Shown here: positions 42,065-47,129 of the stretch, piece after piece | How the letters are laid out: each line of letters starts with the position of its first letter | How positions within the stretch are numbered: the first letter of the stretch is position 1 | DNA from: Armatimonadota bacterium | Lineage (GTDB): Bacteria; Vulcanimicrobiota; JACPDS01; JBDRKI01 | NCBI GenBank assembly: GCA_043814095.1 | Contig: JBDRKI010000052.1 | Span: 1-47,129, forward strand | Reading direction: 5' to 3' | DNA: 47,129 bases | Notes under the pieces: generated by a model | What the model saw: the letters and a program-made list of their open reading frames with translations, nothing else | What the model was told of the DNA's origin: nothing | The model's database searches: none | Translations under genes and position numbers: made by a program

Positions 42065-44064
42065 ACAATTTTAGAGAACACGCGAATTTTATATGGAGCA
42101 TCGCCGATTTATTGCGGGGCGATTATAAGCAGTCCGAATATGGCAGAGTTATTTTGCCTCTTACGGTTTTGCGGCGCCTTGATTGCGTGCTTGAACCGAC
42201 CAAAAAACAAGTTTTGGATTATTTGTCTGAAAATAAAAAGTTATCGCCTGACGCCTCGGAAATGGTGTTGAAGAAAAAAGCGCATCTTTCTTTTTTTAAT
42301 AAAAGCAAGTTTGATTTTCAAAAACTTACAGCCGATCCTAACGACATAGCGGGCAATCTGCGGAATTATATAAATGGTTTTTCAATGAATGCCCGCGCAA
42401 TATTGGAAAATTTTAGTTTTAATGATCATATTGAACGGCTTGATAAATCTAACCTGCTATATAAGATTGTTAAGCGATTTTCGGAAATAGACCTTCACCC
42501 TGATAAAATATCCAACATTGAGATGGGTTATATTTTTGAAGAATTGATAAGAAAATTTGCCGATCTTTCCAATGAAACCGCCGGAGAACATTTTACGCCC
42601 CGCGAAGTCATACGGCTGATGGTTAATATTTTATTTTTAAACGACCGAGAAATATTGACAAGAAAAGGCATAGTGAAAACGCTTTATGATCCAGCGTGTG
42701 GAACGGGCGGCATGCTTTCCGTTGCCGAAGAGTATTTAAGGGAGCTTAATCCGGATGCCGATTTAAGGGTGTTTGGGCAAGAACTTAATCCCGAATCATA
42801 CGCTATTTGCAATTCCGATATGTTGATTAAGGGACAAAATACCGATCATGTAAAATTTGGAAATTCTTTTACTCAAGACGGCTTGCCTAATGAAAAATTT
42901 GATTATATGCTCAGTAATCCACCTTTCGGCGTTGAGCGGAAAAAGATAGAAGACGAAATAAAAAAAGAACATGAAAAATTAGGATTTAACGGCCGCTTCG
43001 GCGCCGGACTTCCAAGAATTAGTGACGGATCTTTTTTATTTTTACAGCATATGATTTCAAAAATGAAATCAAAAGACGACGGCTCCCGCATAGGCATAGT
43101 ATTTAACGGCTCGCCGCTTTTTTCGGGAGGAGCGGGAAGCGGCGAGAGCGAGATCAGGAAATGGATCATAGAAAATGATATGCTTGAGGCGATTATTGGG
43201 ATGCCCGACCAGCTTTTTTATAATACGGGAATTTCAACTTATATATGGATTGTTACTAACCGCAAAGAAAATGACCGAAAAGGAAAAATACAACTTATTA
43301 ACGCCGTTGATTTCTTTCAAAAAATGCCGCGCAGTTTGGGCAACAAGCGCAATGAAATTGGCGATCGGCATATTGAACAAATTACAAAAATTTACGGCGA
43401 ATTTAAAGAAAATGAATATTGTAAAATATTTTCCAACGAATATTTCGGTTATACGCGCGTGACCGTAGAGCGGACGCTTCGGCTTAATTTTCAAGCGGCA
43501 ATAGAACGCATAGAGCGGCTGGAATCCGAAGCGGCGTTTAAAAATTTATCTAAATCAAGCAAAAAAGGCCGGAACGGACTGGAAGAATCTGAAGGGAGAG
43601 AAAATCTTCAACAACAAATAAAAGAGATTCTTTCGGGTTTAGATTCCTCAGTTGTGTATAAAAGCAGAGATGAGTTTACGCGAATTTTAGAGGCGGCGTT
43701 TAAGAGGGAAGGAATAATCCTGAAAGCGCCGGTTTTAAAGGCGATTCTTAAATGTCTTTCGGAAAGAGACGAAACGGCGGAAATTTGCATGGATAAAGAT
43801 GACAAAATTGAGCCGGATGCTGACTTAAGAGATTGCGAAAATGTTCCGCTTATGGAAGATATTGAAGAATATTTTAAAAGAGAAGTTCTGCCCCATGTGT
43901 TTGACGCGTGGATGGACAGAAGCAAAGACAAAATTGGTTATGAAATTAATTTTACCAAGGAATTTTATAAATATAAGCCGTTAAGAACGCTTAAGGAAAT
44001 CCGCAAAGATATACTTGCTCTTGAAAAAGAAACTGAAGGGTTATTAACGGAGGTACTTAAATGA
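42061..44064 (+). CDS. hsdM: Type I restriction-modification N6-adenine methyltransferase subunit
   Basis: FIWSIADLLRG, ILPLTVLRRLDCVL, AGEHFTPREVI, YDPACGTGGML, SNPPFG, FYNTGISTY, GYEINF. Confidence 0.95.
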   Translation: MNNFREHANFIWSIADLLRGDYKQSEYGRVILPLTVLRRLDCVLEPTKKQVLDYLSENKKLSPDASEMVLKKKAHLSFFNKSKFDFQKLTADPNDIAGNLRNYINGFSMNARAILENFSFNDHIERLDKSNLLYKIVKRFSEIDLHPDKISNIEMGYIFEELIRKFADLSNETAGEHFTPREVIRLMVNILFLNDREILTRKGIVKTLYDPACGTGGMLSVAEEYLRELNPDADLRVFGQELNPESYAICNSDMLIKGQNTDHVKFGNSFTQDGLPNEKFDYMLSNPPFGVERKKIEDEIKKEHEKLGFNGRFGAGLPRISDGSFLFLQHMISKMKSKDDGSRIGIVFNGSPLFSGGAGSGESEIRKWIIENDMLEAIIGMPDQLFYNTGISTYIWIVTNRKENDRKGKIQLINAVDFFQKMPRSLGNKRNEIGDRHIEQITKIYGEFKENEYCKIFSNEYFGYTRVTVERTLRLNFQAAIERIERLESEAAFKNLSKSSKKGRNGLEESEGRENLQQQIKEILSGLDSSVVYKSRDEFTRILEAAFKREGIILKAPVLKAILKCLSERDETAEICMDKDDKIEPDADLRDCENVPLMEDIEEYFKREVLPHVFDAWMDRSKDKIGYEINFTKEFYKYKPLRTLKEIRKDILALEKETEGLLTEVLK

Positions 44065-45173
44065 AAAAAAAGAAATCCTCTTTGTCGGTTATAGATAGAA
44101 AAGACGCGCCTTTACTGTCAAAAGAATATGTACGGTTTCTTAATAATAATAAAGAAAAAATTATTTCATCGCGTATCAGGGCGGCTAGCGCCGCAAACAG
44201 GGTGTTGCTTGCCTTATATTGGAATATTGGGCGTGAAATTGTTAGCAGGCAGGAACGGCTAGGATGGGGTGAATCAATAATTGAAAGGTTGTCTTCGGAT
44301 ATTAAGAAAGAGTTTTCTGATATTGAAGGTTTTTCTACGCGCAACCTTTGGAGAATGAAAGCGTTTTATAACGCATATCGCGAAGAAGTGCCGCAATCTG
44401 CGGCAGAATCATTTGAATTTCTGCCACAAGTTGTGGCAGAAATTCCATGGGGGCATCACGCTTTATTGTTGGAAAAAGTTAAAAATGAAAAAATTCGAAT
44501 ATGGTACGCTCAAAAAACCCTTGAATATGGATGGAGCCGCGATGTAATGTGGCATCAAATAGAAACAAGCTTATGCCAGCGTCAAGGCAAAGCCCTCACC
44601 AATTTTAAACATACTCTCCCGCCGCTAAAATCTGATTTAGCTAAACAGGCGCTTAAAGACCCTTATCTTTTTAATTTTCTTTCTTTGGATAAGGAATACA
44701 GAGAAAAAGAACTTGAAAATGCGCTCATTGAAAATATCGAGCAATTTTTACTTGAGTTAGGCGCCGGTTTCTGTCTGGTTGGAAGGCAGGTGCGTTTGAA
44801 GGTCGGACAAGAGGATTTTTATATAGATTTACTATTTTATCATCTTAAACTTAGATGTTTTATTGTTATTGAGTTAAAAACAGAGCCCTTTAAACCTGAA
44901 CATGCCGGTAAGATAAATTTTTATCTTGCCGCCGTGGATGATATAATACGCCAGCCGCAGGATAATCCAAGTATCGGATTAATACTCTGCCGCACCAAAC
45001 AGGCATTGGAAGTCGAGTATGCTTTAAGGAATATAAAAACGCCCATAGGCGTTGCCGGCTGGCAGACAAAACTGGTTAAAAAACTGCCAAAACAGTACAG
45101 ATCATCGCTTCCCAGCGTTAAGGAATTAGAGACGGAGTTATTTCGTAAAACAAAAAAGGAACGCAAAAAATGA
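44061..45173 (+). CDS. DUF1016 / YhcG PD-(D/E)xK nuclease-domain protein
   Basis: YWNIGREI, GFSTRNLWRM, IPWGH, KDPY.F.FL, FLLELG.GF..VGRQ, IDLLFYH..LRCF.VIELK, GLILC. Confidence 0.93.
   Translation: MKKKKSSLSVIDRKDAPLLSKEYVRFLNNNKEKIISSRIRAASAANRVLLALYWNIGREIVSRQERLGWGESIIERLSSDIKKEFSDIEGFSTRNLWRMKAFYNAYREEVPQSAAESFEFLPQVVAEIPWGHHALLLEKVKNEKIRIWYAQKTLEYGWSRDVMWHQIETSLCQRQGKALTNFKHTLPPLKSDLAKQALKDPYLFNFLSLDKEYREKELENALIENIEQFLLELGAGFCLVGRQVRLKVGQEDFYIDLLFYHLKLRCFIVIELKTEPFKPEHAGKINFYLAAVDDIIRQPQDNPSIGLILCRTKQALEVEYALRNIKTPIGVAGWQTKLVKKLPKQYRSSLPSVKELETELFRKTKKERKK
44389..44445. repeat. Two tandem DNA palindromes within the DUF1016 CDS
   Basis: TGCCGCA-ATC-TGCGGCA (44389-44405) and GAATTTCTGCCACAA-G-TTGTGGCAGAAATTC (44415-44445). 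Confidence 0.85.
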
Positions 45174-45707
45174 AACCATATCCAGCATATAAAGATTCGG
45201 GCGTTGAGTGGATTGGGGAAATACCAAGGCATTGGGAGATGAGGAAGGTAAGCAGGGCATTTGATTATATTGGCAGTGGAACTACACCAGATACTGCAAA
45301 TCGAAACTATTATAATGGCGGAACGGCTGAATGGGTTGTAACGGGAGATTTAAACGATGGATTATTAACAGAATCATCTAAAAAAATTACCGAACTGGCA
45401 TTAAAAAACTTTTCAGCGCTTAAACAGTTTCCTAAAGGATCTGTTTTGATTGCTATGTATGGTGCAACGATAGGAAAAGTTGCTATTGCTGATTTTGTAG
45501 GATATTGCAACCAAGCATGTTGCGTTTTGAGCAAAAGCGATTATTGCAAAAATAAATTTGTTTTTTATTGGTTCATTGTAAGTAAACAAAATATTATTAG
45601 TCTTAGCATTGGCGGAGGTCAACCCAACATTAGTCAAGATATTATAAGGACTCTTAAAATACCTTGTCCGCCGAATAACGAACAGCGGGGAATTATAGAT
45701 TATCTCG
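45170..45707 (+). pseudogene. hsdS: Half HsdS (one target-recognition domain), truncated and reading in frame into the next gene
   Basis: YKDSGVEWIGEIP.HW, GSGTTP, IAMYGATIGK, NQACC, GGGQPNISQ, PP..EQ..I.DYL, then homology stops. Confidence 0.8.
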
Positions 45708-45742
45708 TTAAAATATCCATATATTTAAAAGGCGGTGCTAAA

Positions 45743-46759
45743 ATGAAAAAAAATAGAAATCAATTTTGTCAAGAATGCGGGCAAGAAAAAACTTTAGAAG
45801 AAATACGTAAAACAGAATTGATTAATGTAAGGGGCGAAGAAATTCCCGTAGAAGTAATCTATTGTCATTGTAATTCATGCGCTGTGGATTTTGAAAATCT
45901 TGATGATAAAAATGATTATCTTGATCTTGCATATAGAAAATACCGTCAGCGCCATGATATGATTCAGCCGGAAGGTATTAAAAAATTAAGAAAAAAATAT
46001 GAGCTAACTCAAACAGAAATGGCAAAGCTTCTTGGGTGGGGGAATGTAACTCTGGCAAGATATGAAAAAGGAGCGCTTCAGGATCATGCCCACGATAAGG
46101 CATTGAAATTCTTGACTGAACCAAGAAATGTTTACGCGCTTTTAAAGCAAAATCCGGAATCTGTTGATAAGGAAAAATATAATAAGTTGAAAAATTACTT
46201 AGTAGCCTGCATTGAAAAAGAATTTGAAAAAGATTTAATAAAAACCTCTTTTGATTATTTCGGAGACAAGTTTAGCGGGTTTTCTGCCTTTTCTTTTGAG
46301 AAATTTATTAATATGGTATTGTTTTTTTGTAAAGGAGGGATATTTAAAACGAAACTTAATAAGTTGTTGTTTTATGCCGATTTCAAGCATTTTAAGAATT
46401 GCGAGAAAAGTATTTCCGGCATCCAGTATATACATGCTGCTTATGGTCCCGTACCGAAGCTTTACAGTTTTTTACTGGCGTATTTAATTGAAAATAAATT
46501 AATTGACATTGATGAGGTTGAATTCGGCCATGATAAGCATAATAAAGAAGTTCTTGGCGAAGAATTTAATAGTATGGTTAATTCGGACCTGAACCTTTTT
46601 TCTGATTCAGAAATTCAAACCTTGATTGAAATAAAAAACTATTTTTCATCGTTTGGCAGCAAGAAAATTAGTGAGTTTTCCCATGAAGAACCAGCATATA
46701 AATTAACTCAAAACGGAGAAATGATCTCTTATGAATATGCAAAAGAGCTTAATTTGTAA
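45743..46759 (+). CDS. MqsA-like Zn-finger + HTH + Panacea (DUF4065/SocA) antitoxin
   Basis: Own SD (AAAGGCGGTG) and ATG 45743; CQEC...CNSC, IKKLRKKYELTQTEMAKLLGWG..TLARYEKG, KLNKLLFYADF, YGPVP, SEFSH.E. Confidence 0.88.
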   Translation: MKKNRNQFCQECGQEKTLEEIRKTELINVRGEEIPVEVIYCHCNSCAVDFENLDDKNDYLDLAYRKYRQRHDMIQPEGIKKLRKKYELTQTEMAKLLGWGNVTLARYEKGALQDHAHDKALKFLTEPRNVYALLKQNPESVDKEKYNKLKNYLVACIEKEFEKDLIKTSFDYFGDKFSGFSAFSFEKFINMVLFFCKGGIFKTKLNKLLFYADFKHFKNCEKSISGIQYIHAAYGPVPKLYSFLLAYLIENKLIDIDEVEFGHDKHNKEVLGEEFNSMVNSDLNLFSDSEIQTLIEIKNYFSSFGSKKISEFSHEEPAYKLTQNGEMISYEYAKELNL

Positions 46760-46806
46760 TGGCGTGGCAGATTGTTGTTTGGAGCAGCGCTCTGTTAATT
46801 AAAAAA

Positions 46807-46886
46807 GACGATACCCTATGCGCTATTTACGAGCAACCATTCCGGAAGCCCACGCATAAGGACTTGCTCGTCCATAATTATTATGG
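46807..46886. other. Candidate structured (pseudoknot-forming) element plus hairpin
   Basis: Interleaved complementary pairs 46814-46822/46853-46861 and 46829-46836/46864-46871; hairpin 46872-46886. Confidence 0.4.
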
Positions 46887-46926
46887 CAGGTTTTTTGTTG
46901 ATATGCAAATAGAAAAATTACAAATT

Positions 46927-47129
46927 ATGTCAGAAAAATATGAAAAAAATTCCATACGACCTAGGTCGTATCACATCCTTACCTACGGATGTCAGATGAA
47001 TGAATTTGACTCCCAGGTTATAGAGCACCAGATGCAGTCCTCTGGTTTTATCCCGGAAGAGAATGTAAAAGCCGCGGATATTATTATATTTAACACATGC
47101 TGTGTAAGAGAGAATGCCGACCAGAAGGT
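46927..47129 (+). CDS. miaB: tRNA methylthiotransferase MiaB, N-terminal part (3'-truncated by window)
   Basis: YHILTYGCQMNEFDS...ADIIIFNTCCVRENADQK; start could be 46903 or further upstream in frame. Confidence 0.92.
   Translation, partial: MSEKYEKNSIRPRSYHILTYGCQMNEFDSQVIEHQMQSSGFIPEENVKAADIIIFNTCCVRENADQK

Noticed and set aside
46780-46810. IS3-family remnant suggested by AAAAAAG plus downstream structure
   Set aside because: No transposase-like sequence in the flanking frames and no terminal inverted repeats
46866-46892. dif/Xer site (CATAA...TTATG)
   Set aside because: Central spacer is 3 bp rather than 6 and the XerD arm does not match TTATGTTAAAT
41430-46900. Prophage or integrative element implied by the excisionase-like gene
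   Set aside because: No integrase, att repeats or phage genes found by eye

Overview
AT-rich bacterial chromosomal segment, mostly housekeeping. The gene set (short-type GyrB, whiA, long HPF, UPF0182, SMC) suggests a Terrabacteria-like lineage; this is an inference. Backbone: partial phosphohexomutase, gyrB-gyrA, whiA-gap-pgk...tpiA...secG, a cystathionine gamma-synthase/lyase, ispE, UPF0182, pfkA, smc, a maltose-type ABC importer lacking an ATPase, hpf and the start of miaB. Two accessory insertions stand out. (1) A three-gene HipBST-type toxin-antitoxin module lies between pgk and tpiA, with a perfect sigma70 promoter and four palindromic operators, abutting an orphan HicB. (2) A defence island at about 40.7-46.9 kb holds an MNT/HEPN-like gene, an excisionase-like regulator, hsdM, a DUF1016 nuclease carrying tandem DNA palindromes inside its coding sequence, and a half-HsdS fused in frame to a Zn-finger/HTH/Panacea (DUF4065) antitoxin. 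No hsdR is present, only a C-terminal scar of the probable toxin remains, and a pseudoknot-forming element follows. No rRNA, tRNA, CRISPR array, integrase or transposase was recognised. All calls rest on motif recognition by eye, without database searches.
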